Positions 27,631-45,599 of a stretch of DNA of 64,000 bases are shown here, piece by piece. Where the stretch lies: the NCBI RefSeq assembly GCF_009914755.1, contig NC_060938.1; one strand, 5' to 3'. The notes beneath the pieces were generated by a model. The model made no database searches. It saw only the letters and a program-made list of their open reading frames with translations, and was not told the origin of the DNA. Numbering within the stretch: the stretch's first letter is position 1; each line of letters opens with the position of its first letter. The DNA comes from the human T2T-CHM13v2.0 reference genome, Homo sapiens. A program made the position numbers and the translations under genes.

Positions 27631-28259
27631 AAAATTCTAAGGTTTATTACTTTGCATTTTTATATCTCTGGAAACATGATTTATCTTATGATCACTGTGC
27701 TTCAGACAACAAGGGTGACATAATTGTCATTTTTTGCCAGTAATTAAACTTGGTCATAGCCACCCTCAATGTCATTCCTTCAACTGAGTTATCTACATTG
27801 TTAAAACTACAGATGCTGAGTGTAATTGCCATTTAAAATGTCTTCAAAGAGATTGCATTATCCTATAGTTTAGTGCTAAAACTAAAAGTTACGGTTTAGA
27901 CATTTTTTTCTTTCCAGTGTGGCACATAAAATAATGATGTATTTTATAATCCAGGCATTTAGATTTGAGAAAATCAAATAGATAGGCTTGTATTCAGCCC
28001 CTCAAATAAGCATAATAACATTAATCATTCTCTAAATGTCTAAACTATTTTCCATCAATCTGGTAGTATATTACCCTGTGCAAATGTCATAAACATACAC
28101 ATGTTAATTATAATATTTAAAAGCAAACATGCATAATTAAACACAATAACACAATAGTGTGACATGATGGTTAGATATTATAGAGTATGGAGACCCTTGA
28201 CAGAGGGATAAAATATTTTCTCTTTAAAGATAGCTTTCTCCTGGACCATTTTTAGTTAC

Positions 28260-28467
28260 GTACTACAAATGTTAAAATTAGACCAAGCTGTGAGTAGATT
28301 TTGTCAATTACACAAACGCCATGCCGTAATACACTTTAACCTTTCTTTGTATGAGCACAATAAAATTCAGAAGAGAAAGTATGTACTGAGAAGACTGTGT
28401 TCTTTGCTCCTCTTAGAGACTAGAGCACCCAGACGCATGTCTAGTTTTTTAAGGAGAATAAATTGAC
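28260..28467 (-). pseudogene. Cadherin exon remnant
   Basis: tttctaag|GT CAA TTT... gives GQFILLKKLD; then LNFIVLIQ and VCVIDK in shifted frames. Confidence 0.65.
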
Positions 28468-30514
28468 CTTAGAAATTAAGCTAATTAAAGTCCCTCTTCA
28501 GAATTATTTTAGGCAGATTCTCAACAACAAAAATTCGCACATCACAATAAATACATAAATAAATAAATAAGAAAGAAAAGGTTTTGGAAATACTAAATAG
28601 TTGCAAATCAGATGTGGTTTTTCTCTGACTTCTCTGCCTAGAAAATTTTATTTACAACCTCTCTCATTTTTACATTGCACTAATGATATATGTACGCTAT
28701 TGATAATTAACCTAGATAATGACATTCCTGAATATGATGCCACATCTCTGGACACTGAAGTGTGTCCAATATGCCATTAAAATCCTATTAAAGCTTTATT
28801 TACCAGTCACAAATTAAAAATAAACATTAGTGGTACATAAGAGAATAGCGATCACAGTGACCTTGGTATGTTTCTTCTCAAAAGCCTGAGGACCAAAATA
28901 AGGGTGAGCTAAGACTGGAACATCAGGTAAAAATTGAACTAGAAATCTTAGCAAAGAGCTGGACTCCTCATATTGCTTGTCTTTAGCAAATACGGTTTAG
29001 ATGTTCCTGAAATGAAATGCACCGTCAGAAGAAAACTTCTGTTTTTTGTTTTGTTTCCTTTTTTTTTTAAAGAAATCATAGATATAAATGACTTAATGCC
29101 ACATTATACATGAAAGTAATCTTTATGTGCTTACAGCCTACTACCTTAACTTTGAATATTATGCTTATTTCAGGAAGTTTTAGGTTAAGTTACATTAAAT
29201 CCAGAGTAGGCAGTAACCATCCAGTGAATTATTAAAATAAGTTCCCAGGGATTTCTGTTTTTTTAAAGTTAAAGAATCATTGCAACAAATTTCAAGTTCT
29301 GTCTAATTCTGGAGGTTTATCCTCATCTTAGAGTGCTTGACAAACCACCATGGTGAGCTACTCAGTGTCTGTTTGCAGGGGACCAGACTTTTCTCTATGA
29401 AAGAATTAACCCTAAGGTAAGAAATAGCTAGATGTCATGAAATTGATGTAGAAATCAAGTACTGATCTTCAGGAGGTACAAAGAGTACTTTTAAGCCAAG
29501 CCGACTGGCAATTTTTGAAATGTGTTTTTTTTCTATTCTTGTCGTTGCATAACCAGGTCTTTGAGAAGAGGTGGCTGTTAAGTAAGCATAATGAGTGCTG
29601 TTTGATTAAGCCTTGAAATACATTGCAACCAAGCTTTTATCCTTCATCACTCATGAAATTATATTACAGCATGAAAGGAATGATTGACTCTAGTTCTGCC
29701 ATGGAACAGAATACAGCTTTGATGACTTAGGTGTTTAATGGGTTCAGTGGAAAAGTTGGAGAAAGTATTACACAGAGTAGCCAATTAACAGAGCAATAGA
29801 TGTACCTGCTGTGACAATCAAAGTTGACAGGGAACTATTAACTATATGAAGCATTAAAGAGTAACAAGAGAAACCATGATTTTTCAGAAGAAGAGCACTG
29901 AAGTACGATGATAGTGCCCAGCAAAGAAACACAAAAATCCTCCAAAGCATATGCTGAGAATTCAACTAAGGACTTGGAAGAGAGTAGATATTTGCTGAGG
30001 ATTAGAGGCCCTGGTCAGCAGATAAACACTGTGAGCCAACAAAAGTATGGCTTTGATATTAATGTGTCCTTATTTTTATTTATGAATCAGTAATATTTGT
30101 GTTACCAAATAATTTCAGGCCTTTCCTCTTCACAGCCCCTTAGAGACAGTAGCGTGTTACCTCCAAGTGTCATACTTATCACTCAATAAAACAACCCTTA
30201 AAACATTGTTAAGACAAGAATTTTTTCATATTCAGGGCTTCCTGCACCAAACTGATGGTGTTTTGGGTCATGTAGACATCTAGATACAAAATATAAAAGT
30301 CCAGATAAAAGTATCACTTAATCTATTATGTTCTTGACAAAATGCCCAGTGTACCAGGCTGTGGTCTACCAATGTAGTTCCCATGCAGCCTAAAAGCTCT
30401 CAAGGATGCCAAATGTTTATTTTCTGTGTCTTGGTTGCATCTTAAGGCTGCAATAACAAGGAAGAGGATATAAGATGCATATGTTATGCTCTAAAAGTAA
30501 AGGCAGCCAGTATA

Positions 30515-31320
30515 TATACTTTTTCCACAGCAACAACCAATGCTCCAATTCTTCACTATGAATAGGGTTTCCAACAATTCAATTTGATTCTGACACTAAC
30601 CATCCAGAGTTAGCTCAGACCTCACAAGTTAGAACTCAGTCACACAAAACTGCCCCCACTTGAGACATCAGTTGCAAGTCCCAGGGGCCATCTGTATTTT
30701 TGACCAACCAGCTATAAATTTGAGGGTTCACACAACTTCCTTCTCAAGTTTCATAATTAACTAGAATGACTCACAGAACTCAGGAAATTGCATTACTAAA
30801 GTTAACATGTTCATTATAAAGGAAACAGCTCAGGGACAGCCAAATGGCAGCAATGCATCTCACATATTATGGGGGTGGGAGTGGCACAGAACTTCCATGC
30901 CCTCTTCTGAGCACACCACATTCCCAGCACATCAGTGTGTTCACCAACCCAGAAGCTACCTGAGTCTTATCATTTCAAGGTTTTTTTTTTTTATGGAGGT
31001 CCTATTACATACTCATAGTTGATTAAATCATTGGAAATTGGTGACTGAACTCAATCTCTAACCACTTTCCCCTCCCTGGTGGTCAGAAAGTGAGACCGAA
31101 AGTCCAAACCTCTAATGAGTACTTGGTTTTTCTGACCACAAGCCCTCATCCTGAAGCCCATAAGTCATCTCATTAGTATACAAAACGTAGTATTATGCCA
31201 TTACTTTTAATGGCAAAAACCATAATTACTTTTGCACCAACCTAATAAATTCCAAGGATTTTAGGGACTCTGTGACAGAGACCAGGGGCAAAGACCAAAT
31301 ATTTATATTTTATTGTACCA
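30515..31320. mobile_element. MER21 (B/C-like) LTR
   Basis: ttctgacactaaccatccagagttag..aaaactgcccccactt..gactcacagaactcagg..ccaggggcaaagaccaaat. Confidence 0.75.
31196..31245 (+). mobile_element. Partial MADE1 (Hsmar1 MITE) inside MER21
   Basis: tgccattacttttaatggcaaaaaccataattacttttgcaccaacctaa followed by TA; left TIR missing. Confidence 0.85.
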
Positions 31321-31948
31321 GGGAAAGGAGGGAGAATTTTCTGCTATAGGAAATCAATGGGAGCCCAATGAAGCTTCAAATACTCTCTCTAAAGGCAGTG
31401 GGGAGCTCTATCCACTAAGGTCTAATACATGAGAGTGGTAAACCTTGAAACCTTGACGAGTTTATTTTTAACTATTACTCTCAAGTGATTATGAGTAAAA
31501 AAGAAAGAGAATATTCTGAATATTGAAAATTGTGTCTTTCTAGACAGAGAAGGAGGAAAGATGGAAAGACAACTTCTTTTCCCATCCAAGATTGGGTTAG
31601 CAGTAAGAAGAGTACAGAGTAGAACCTATGGTTACCATTTCAAAAGAAGAATCAAGAGGCAGAGTTCTGGGGCTATAACAACAACAACAACAACAACAAA
31701 GCAAAGAGATTATTCAAGGCTGTATATAAAAGGGGAACTGAGGAAAATCTTGTGTTCCAGTACAGAATCCTATGTGGGCTTCTTTGATCACTTTCTAACT
31801 TCCTGATCAATTCTGTCTTTTTTCTTTTCTTTTCTTTTTTTGTCATAGTAGGATATTTTAATCATCAAAAAAGCTGAATTTCATTGTCAATTTAACCAGA
31901 CTTAACACTTAACAACAGATAATGTTTTAACAAAAATATTAAACTTAC

Positions 31949-32030
31949 TTCTGGCATTTTATGACCATCAAAAATGTCAGCCAAGCAAAGCATACAGAAT
32001 GACTCCAGATTAGATATCACATACAAAACT
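31949..32030 (-). pseudogene. Cadherin exon remnant, 82 bp, phase-compatible with 33270-33374
   Basis: tttttttgcag|...GAA|gtaagt; open VLYVISNLESFCMLCLADIFDGHKMPE resembles V.DINDH.PE. Confidence 0.6.
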
Positions 32031-33269
32031 CTGCAAAAAAATAGAGCTGATCCCAATAAAATACAAATCTGTAACCGTGCACCATATTTCTTCTGATTTT
32101 TTATTTAACAATGGATATTTTGTGTTTTTTCAATTATCTTTTAGTCATGTTTACACTCAATCTGTGCTTTGTAAAAACTATTATTAAAATATTTACAAAT
32201 TTCTACAAATCAAATCATTAGATTAAGACTGAAAATAGTAATTCATTATTGAAAGAGATGTTCTTAACCATGTTATGAATAACTATAAAATAGAATCTGA
32301 AATATAACTTCATAAAACAACAGCTATAAAGTTATTAGCTTAATATTGCACTTGTGAGAGTTATCTAAAAGATAAAAATAGCAAAATATAAAACACATTT
32401 ATTGGCTGGATGTTAAAGGTGTTTGAAAAAATTACTTTTGGCTTAAATATATATTTATAATCCCTTCTAGACCAGATATTACAGCAATTTCTTTTTCTTA
32501 TACATCTACTGGCCCAAAACTTTCATGTTGCTGAAAAAAGACAGCAGACAAGTATAAAAATTTCAAATATTCATACAAAATGGTCTCTACATAATTCATT
32601 CTTATTCTCAGAATTTGTTGGACCAACTTAAAACACCAGAAGAAATCTCTTAATGCCTCAGTGATTCTCATTTATACAATTAAATTACACAAAATATAAT
32701 ACAATAATAAAGAAAGGAAATACCTAAAATTAAGAATGTTAACTTTTGAAATACCCAAAGTATTGGTCCCAGAAAGAACTCTGAGTTGGGTAAAAGGAAT
32801 TTTGTTTGACCATTTCCTTATGAGATGTCTCAAAGTAATGTTGTCTGCTCTTACATTGCTTGAGATGCCATTAAGAATTTCAGAGAAGCAGCATATTCAT
32901 TTATTTATTTACTTACTAACATTTGTTTGTTCCATGACTATAGAAATGAGAAACAAGAAAGATACACAATATTTAAATTCATTGTAACTTTCATTTAAAG
33001 TTTTCCTTTTCTTCATTAGTCACAGTTGATTTAGAAATAGAGCCTTTCCTGGCACGAAGTCTTTTCTCTCTGAATGTCATTTTAATATTATTCTGTTTTT
33101 TTTATTCTCTCAAAAATCCCCTGCTCAATAAGTCTCAAGGAATTCACAGTCCAAGAAAAACTCTTGCATAATTAACGGGCCTCCCCAATTTAACCAGATA
33201 GAAGTGGGCTGAGCAGCCAGCATGAGTGGGTGAAGAGAGGGCTTCTTCCTCAGGACGTTCTATCCTTAC

Positions 33270-33374
33270 CGTAGGTTTTGGGAAATAATATACAGAATGA
33301 AAATATAAGAGTCCAGTTCAGGATGATGCTCTCCATAATAATCAAGTCAGTTGAAATAATTCAGAAAATGTGAG
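33270..33374 (-). pseudogene. Cadherin exon remnant, 105 bp, phase 2-2
   Basis: tttgcag|...ACG|gtaagg; FN*LDYYGEHHPELDSYIFILY resembles LDYE...SY.F.V. Confidence 0.6.
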
Positions 33375-34403
33375 CTGCAAAGAACACCTCAGTAGAGATT
33401 TGCTGCAAAATTTCTCAGCTTTGCAGAGCTTTAGGAGATGAAGAGAATATAGGAGAGTAAGGCCAGCAATGGAATGTCACCATTTAACAACAGGAAGTAA
33501 GGACAATTATTTGCAATGTATCTTGATACATTTTGTAATAAAGGAAATTCTAAATTGAATTCAGAGTTCAAGGCTGGACTCAATCATATGGCTAAAATGT
33601 TACTACATTTTTATTTAAGTTTGCATCTTACAATCTAAACTAATAACACTCTGTGTGTATAGAAAACACAATGTTTAAAGGTGTCTCAAAGTAGTTATCT
33701 ATTTTCCTTTTTACAAATGCCCTCTGGTATTGTGGAGATTTCAAAATGACTGTTTTGCAGATGAGGAAACAGACAGTTTATATCAGTTGATAAGGATCTT
33801 TTGAAATCACAAGAAGAGTTGTGAAAGATCTGACAGTCTAATACACATTTTCTGAATTTGGGATTGAGACTCCTCTTGTTATAATATTTTGGATGTAATA
33901 TATTGCACACTGCTATTATTTTTTAAAGAAGTCAGTAAAAATTAAAATCTTTTCCGAATTTTTAGAGAATATTTTGTTTTATTTGTCTCATAATACAAAC
34001 TGGTGGGTAAACAGCCTTGCTCTATATCCTTTATAATGGCTTTGGAACCCCAGATATGAATGAACTTTTGAAAATGTTTCAGCAATGGAAGAATGTTTTT
34101 TTTCATTTATTAGGAGAGGATAGATAGATAGAGATAGAGATAGTCTCATGAAACTGATATGAAACAGTGTATATAAATTATTTTATGTGCATGGCAATTA
34201 TAGGTAGTTATTATTTGGTAGCAATTGTAACTATATTTTTAATTCTACAAAACATTAGTACATCATGCTTTCTGATAACTTCTTTGTTAGGGTCAAATGT
34301 AATCCTTTTGAGTTGCCGAAGTATTGTCTCCAAACTTGTTACACAAAGACAGCTAGCAGAGCACACATGGCATCAGCATTCTCTTCAACCCACAGAGAGA
34401 ATG

Positions 34404-34507
34404 TGATATGGTTTGACTCTGTGTATCCCCATTCAAATTTCATCTTGAATTGTACTCCCACGTATTGTGGGGAGACAATTTGAATCATGGGGGAGGTTTC
34501 CCCAATA
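34404..34507 (+). mobile_element. THE1A/B LTR 5' fragment
   Basis: tgatatggtttgactctgtg...tgaatcatgggggaggtttcccc. Confidence 0.75.
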
Positions 34508-38255
<3,748 letters not shown>

Positions 38256-39161
38256 TTGGTATAGTCTACATAAGAATTTGATGAAGATTTGTAAATAAGT
38301 TCTTCCTTGATTTTGATTGTTAATGGAGTTTCTCAGAATAGAAAAATAGCTGGATTATTATTTTTTTACCCAAACTTCCCTTGCAGTGACTTTTCTTTAA
38401 TTTCTAATACTTAGAAATTAAACTTTGAAGCTATCCAAAGCCCAGTAATTCCTACAATATCTGGCTGTTCTTTGTTTGTGGGTTTGTTTTTCTCAAACTG
38501 TGAAGTGCCTTTTAAGAATTTCTACTAGTGCTAAACAATTTGTCCTTCGTCTTCATTCCTCACTTTGGCTAGACTCAGCTCCTATTGCTTGTAACCGCAC
38601 ACACTACAAGTAGTTTGGGGAGTGAAGGCATGGGTAGGACGTTCTTTAAAAAAAAAAAAAAGGTCCTTTCCAGGAGTAATTTTACAGACTAGACTTAAGT
38701 CACATATTCGTGAAGATATTTTTCAAAGTTACAACACTAGATGATGACAGAGATGAGCTTCAAACCCAATTTCTCTTCTTTACTTTTCTACTGGACTGTC
38801 TTATATGCACCTTGTCACACTTCTTAATGTTAGGTCCCCAGGTGGCAGTGTCAAGCTAATTTGTTCATTTCATGTATTTCATAGGCTCAAAAATCAGACA
38901 AAGCTATTTTTAATTTATGTTTTCTACTGTTAGGAAGTTCATGTTTCCAACAACACAAGAAAAAAGTTCTGTCTGTGACCTTTTTTCTTCACGGTATTCC
39001 ACGTCCAATTCAGTATACATGTCTTCAGGAAAGAGATAAGCTTTCTTACACATTCATGTTTGTATGCAATGTTTGTTATTATTATTTGCTAGATTGTGTT
39101 CTAAGACTTGGACACATCTATGAACAAATCTTGAGAATAGATTGTAGCAGTAAATGTTTAC

Positions 39162-39316
39162 CCCTCTTCCATAAGACAAGAAAATGTTTGACTTAATTTT
39201 CAATCTGAAATTTCTCCTGGAATGGTTACTGGATGTCTTATTGAATCAGGCAAATTAGTACAAATGAGTTGTCATTGGTAAACATGCCTCCTTTCCAGAT
39301 GTCCAGAGACGGCATC
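39162..39316 (-). pseudogene. Cadherin exon remnant (acceptor decayed)
   Basis: TNDNSFV (39265-39279) followed by HPVTIPGE; GGG|gtaaac donor; this is the expected continuation after PPLS. Confidence 0.65.
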
Positions 39317-39435
39317 AGTATTAGAATTAGAAGACAAAGTGCATTTCTTACGCCTCTCTTTGGCATGAGGAGAGAGAGCATTCTCAGTACTCCAGGCTTC
39401 TGGTATACCTCCTGTGTGGAGGTGAACAGGGTTAC

Positions 39436-39582
39436 CTGATAATGGAGGCCAGCCTCTAATACACATTTCTGGACTGATTGAGTTAATCTAATAAGAGTCC
39501 TGAGCTGGGTAAATTGAGTATTACTCTCTTTCTTCTCTGTCAAGAGAGGTCACAACTTCAGTGACTATGAACTGTGTCTGCT
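39436..39582 (-). pseudogene. Best-preserved cadherin exon remnant, 147 bp, phase 1-1
   Basis: tttctag|...CAG|gtaacc; one frame [46 protein letters not shown] with LDRE at 39533-39544 and RGxPPLS at the exon end. Confidence 0.85.
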
Positions 39583-39616
39583 CTAGAAATTCAAACTTTT
39601 TCATCAGTGACCTTTT

Positions 39617-39925
<309 letters not shown>

Positions 39926-39989
39926 CATAAGTGACCTTTTAAAGAGCCATAAAGAAGATAAGCTGTGAAAAATTTGGAAACTTATTTTT

Positions 39990-40345
39990 TTCTTTCAAAT
40001 ACACTGCATCTCCAACTAGCTTTTCAATAATACAGGTGTTATTTTCTCTATCTGATGATTCCTCTGGGTTATTTCTAGAGTTCAGAACTCCAGTCGGAAA
40101 ACTTGATATTTTTTTCTGTTATAAGAATGTGCGTTTTCAGTTGCAGTGAAGTTGTTGGACAAAGGTAAAAGTGTGGCATACATAGTGTCGGGTTTTAGAA
40201 ACAGGCAAAATTTCTGTATTTTATTGCATAAGGAGGTAGCCTGAACTGTACCCTTTAGGGTACTTTGGCAATATTTGTGTTTCTATTTTGAGAAGAATCA
40301 GTATAAAAGGCTGTTCTAACTCACAACATTCTGCTGATCTTTTCA
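39990..40345 (-). pseudogene. Two probable cadherin exon remnants (about 40215-40345 and 39990-40117)
   Basis: CELEQPFILILL.../LKGTVQAT and DRENNTCIIEKLVGDAVYL. Confidence 0.45.
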
Positions 40346-40599
40346 GAAGTAAAAATCAGAGTGAAAAATAGACTGGTATCGTGTGTTACATAAAAAGGGT
40401 AAAAAGAAAGCAGGGCATCAGCAATATTATCTCATAAACAGAGTGCATTGAAAGCCAATTAGTTGGGCCATTATATTATTTTTAATATATATTATCTATA
40501 TTAAAGGTGAAATTGTCAATGAAGCTTTAACATAGCTGATAAAAATGAGATGGATAATAATGGAAGAAACAAAATAAAGTGATGACCTCTGTTATTTAA

Positions 40600-40885
40600 G
40601 TCATACAAATCAAAAATAATCAATAGCAATTTGCTGTTTAGTTGTTTCCTCAGTGATCATTAGTTTCTAGAGATTACAAGTGCAAAACACACTTTCAGAT
40701 GTAAGAGTAGCATTCAAAATGCAGGGCTAGAGTCTGCATTCAAAATGGTCTAAAACTGATATGTCCTTCTGCCACACTAACATGATTCTTTTTTAAGATC
40801 ATATTCAAATAGGTTTCTTCACATTGACCCAGGTAATAAGACTGACATTGAAAAGCCTTTTGATGACAACAATTAATTTGATACT
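40600..40885 (-). pseudogene. Cadherin exon remnant (approximate)
   Basis: RLFNVSLIT.VNVKKP/FEYDLKK...ATLTSESV/LHL*SLETNDH resembles F.V...TG.I.VKKPLDYE...LTS...V.I.VLDTNDH. Confidence 0.65.
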
Positions 40886-41398
40886 TTCAGTATATTTTAG
40901 TATTATAAAGGGATTTTTTTGTTTTTCCTCTTAATATTAACATTACTGTTTATTATTATAAATATAATTAACATTTTAAAATTCTTTATAAGAAGTTTTA
41001 AAATACAGGAATATATAAAATGATCATCCTAATTTTACTGAACTTTAGTTACTAAAGTAATATATATGTGATCTCAGTTTATACTCAGAAAGAAGACTTT
41101 CAATGTTAGTATAATTATCCTGAGATTACTAGCAAAATTGTGAGCCTGAGAGAAGTTAAATAACCTTCATAATTTCACACATATTGAAAGAGTCACAGAT
41201 ATAATTAAAACAATGATATTCTCATCATCCAAACAAAATTGCTATTTACATCTTAGTGTGTTTCCTGTGTGTATGCGTGTGTGTGTTCTACATTAGGATA
41301 AAACATAAATTTATAAGTTACTTTTTTCTTTTTATATTATGAGATTTGCTTCTATAGGTAAATATCCTTAGTAAACATTATTTTAAAAAGCAGATTGA

Positions 41399-41944
<546 letters not shown>

Positions 41945-42399
41945 CTAAAATGATGAGTGTAACTGAAAGCTTGGACACTAACTTGACTAGATACCAAGAA
42001 ACCAGGGAGATCAGTGGGCACTAATGTGAGGGGTTGTCCAGAGAGGCACTGTCAGTTCCTGGTGGTCAATGTTTTAGGTTTCATGAACTGTGTACACAGA
42101 AAGAGAGACAAAGCTCAGGCCTCTTTTAAGGCAGGAAGTTTGGACAGACATCCCTGTTTAAAGATAAAGCCTTATCTTTAAATGGTGTGAAATCCTCATG
42201 CCCCACCTTGACAGAAAGCCTGTAGAAAATGTTCATTACTCTGTTCTATGTCAGGGAGGAGGGTGGCTTTCTTGAGAATTCCTATTATAAACTCCTTCTC
42301 ATAAGGATTTTGAAGGCAGAATTCATATTGCTTGTACAGCTCAACTATCCAAGATTAATTTAAAGTTGATTTAGGATTGTCAATGTCCCCAAAGAACAT

Positions 42400-42960
42400 G
42401 GTACAGTCCAAGCTTACAATCTTTCTGTAGGAAACACCTAATAGCAAGGGTCAAAGGAGTGGAATACTTAAAGATAAATTTCCATGGAACCTGAGTCTGA
42501 AATTAACTAATACTACATCAAAGAAAACAAGTCGCTATAGAGAGTAATTAGTAATGAACAATTATATCTCTACCACTGTGATGTGTTGGAAGGATCAAAT
42601 ACAGAATATAAAAATAAGAATGTTTAATGTGTTTTAAAAAAGTAATAAAAAATGACAAAATATAAAATGCTGCACAAAATGGCCAGACAGATAAGAAAAA
42701 GAACTACTTTTAGAACTATTGATTCTAAAAGGAAAACTTTGAGAAATAAAAATTATAGTAATTAAAATTAAGAATTCAGTGTAAAAGTTAACTGCTTTGA
42801 AAAAAGCTGAAGAGAGAATGAATACATTATAAATAGATATAATAAAATGTCTTTCAAATTGATTATAAGTAGACAAAGAGAATAGAAAATTTACAGAGTC
42901 TCCAAGTCATCTGGGATGTAAAATTTTAAAAACTTATTTCTGGAATACTAGAATGAGATA
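42400..42960 (+). mobile_element. Old L1ME-type ORF1 fragment
   Basis: A-rich ORF1-like sequence (gctgaagagagaat). Confidence 0.4.
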
Positions 42961-43574
42961 ATACAGAGACAGGGTAATAAGACACTAGTTACTGAGTGCA
43001 GAGATGATTCTTGACCAGAGTCCAATACACTGAAGTACCTCCTCCAGAAATTTAATTTGGAAATCAGAGATGTCAGCATTGATCTCTCTTCTGTCCTAAA
43101 GCATGGAAATTTAAATTTGTAAAGTGTTGATAAGCATCTCCTACATTGTAAAGTAAATTAACTATTGCCTTACAAATGTTACTAAGCTAAACTTTAATTT
43201 ACTCAGATATAAAATTAGGGCAACAATCAGCCACATAATGCTTGCAAGCACATTAATAAGGGTACCTATGTTACTTGGTATATTAAATGATACATTATAA
43301 GTGATCACTACCTATAAGCTATTATCGAGGCTGTTGCTTAATCTATATATTTTTCTTATTCTTTTCCTATTAAAGAGGATAACATAGGAAATACCAAAAT
43401 GCAGAGACAGAGGGGTATTCTTGAGGCCCTTAGAGCAATATAGATCTTTGGAACTGAGGAGAATGAATTCTCTGTACTATCATTTTGTTTTGTTTTGTTT
43501 TAATGAGCTCAAAAGAGCTCTTGTTACCTGGCATAAATATGTCTCAAGTAATACAATTATAGAATATCGTTAAA

Positions 43575-44165
43575 GTCAACTTAAGTGTCCATTAACAGAT
43601 GATGAATAAGAAAAATGTGATATATACACATACTTACATTTGTGTATATAAACATATGTATGTATACACACACAAAATTGAATACTATTCAGACTTAAAA
43701 AAGGAATCCTGTCATTTGTGACAACATGGATAAAACTGGTGAACATTATGTTAAATGAAATAACACAGGCACAGAAAGTAAAACATCTTATGATTTCACT
43801 TATATGTGGAAACCAAAAAAATCAAATTCATAGAAGCAGAGAATAGAGAGTTGGTTATTAGGGGCAGGAAGTCGGGGGGAGGACTCCAGAAATGTTGGTC
43901 AAAGGTAAAAAAATTTCGTTCAGACAAGAGGAATGAGTTCAAGAGATGTGTTGTACAACGTAATGACTATAGTAAGTAACAATGCATTGTATATTTAAAA
44001 AATGCTAAAAGAACAGAATTTTTTCTCATCACAAAAAATACGGTATGCGAGGTAACACATGTTAATTAGCATAATTTAGTCATTCCGCAAAGTACATATA
44101 TTTCAAAACATTATCTTGTATGCCACAAATATATACAACTTCCATTTCTCGATTTAAATAATTTT
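43575..44165 (+). mobile_element. L1MA6/7-like 3' end
   Basis: ORF2 end plus 3'UTR (gagttcaagagat..tgtacaac). Confidence 0.8.
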
Positions 44166-44193
44166 TAAAACATGACTATAATTTAAACCTCCC

Positions 44194-44391
44194 TTAGACA
44201 CATCCTGTATTAGGAAGGGAATTTGCAACATCTAAATAAAATAGTGGTTGCTCCAAAAGAGAAACATTATATCTGGGAGTTGCTTTATAATTGGTTAGTG
44301 GAAGCACTAACCCACACTCACTGTTCTTTCTTTCTCTGCTCCAATATAACTTTCCAAAAAGAGCTTTAAATTTGAAGTAGAGCTCAGCCAC
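44194..44391 (-). pseudogene. Cadherin exon remnant (approximate)
   Basis: ECGLVLPLTNYKATPRYNVSL resembles G.I....LDYEATPRYNLTV. Confidence 0.55.
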
Positions 44392-44416
44392 TTTCTAAAT
44401 AGGTAATGATTGAACT

Positions 44417-44713
44417 TTTTTTTTTTCTTTTTGCAGGATCTTACTGTTACCCAGGATGAAGTACTGTGGCATGATCACAGCTCCCTGAAGCCTCAACCTC
44501 TCCAAGCTCAGGTGATTTCTTCCACCTCAGCCTCCAAAGTAGCTGGGACTACAGGCATGCGCCACTACACCCAGCTAATTTTTTTGTGTGTTTTGGAGAG
44601 ATAGGGTTTCATCATGTTGCCCAGGCTGGTCTGAAACTCCTGGACTCAAGCAATCTACCCACCTGGGCCTCCCAAAGTGCTAGGATTACAGGCATGAGCC
44701 ACTACGCCCAGCA
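44417..44713 (-). mobile_element. AluJ
   Basis: AluJ features; TSD aggtaatgatt(g/a)aact. Confidence 0.88.
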
Positions 44714-45017
44714 AGGTAATGATTAAACTAAAAGTAATTGAAATATTGGCATCTTGATTTATATAATATGTATTTATCAGTTTTTCTATTATAAGAGGAC
44801 AAATAAGACAGAAAGTTGGTAGTCAAGTCAGTCAAAACAAGACAGTGTCTAATTTGAGATTATAAACATTATAATGCATGAGAAAAACCAAACGCACTTC
44901 ACATTAAAGGTATTTTTTATGCATTCACACTGGCGAGCATCGAAGTTTACCTTTATTGACACATAAAAAGTTATTGTAGATTGTTATGACACATTATTTC
45001 TTGCTGCCTTTTTTATC

Positions 45018-45210
45018 TTAATGACTTTCGCAAAACAATGTGATATAAATTGCTACTAGCATAAAACACATTCCAGCAATAGATAAAAACAGTTTCTTGG
45101 CTGCAAGAAGCATATATTTCAACACCTGCTTCAGGCACAATACATTGAAATTTATGCCCTCTACTGTTATTTGAGTAATGCTCTTTCTGTTGTTTCTCAC
45201 TGGGGAACTA
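45018..45210 (-). pseudogene. Cadherin exon remnant (approximate)
   Basis: SSPVRNNRKSITQITVEGINFN resembles GSP.RS....V.ITVED.NDN. Confidence 0.55.
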
Positions 45211-45599
45211 CAATACTAATATCTTAATTTTTCAGACATCAATATTAGTTTAATGAGTGAGACATAATTGCAAAACTTGCTAATAAGGTACAAACCAAAA
45301 AGTCTTTAAAAAAATTGCAAAATCAGCAACTTGAAAGAGTTTTCGAACTTTAAAATCGATAAATCATACTCTGTTTAAAATTAAAGTCAATAAAAAGAGT
45401 ATTTTTTCCGTATCAGTTGATTTTCTATAGGCTTAACGCCTATACTGCACTATAAATTCACTCAATAAAGGTCTTTTCTAAAAAAAATTTTTATAAAATA
45501 AAATAACCTGTACACACTATGTTTTATTAATTAAAAATATTAAGAGATAATTTTAAATGCCATCTTACACTAATTTCTGGAACTATAAAGAGAAATATT

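Noticed and set aside
33270-33336. Signal-peptide-like first exon MESIILNWTLIFSFCILFPKTY(G) on the minus strand
   Set aside because: The alternative frame (LDYYGE...) fits the cadherin pattern, is phase-compatible with the next exon, and cadherin exons continue further upstream.
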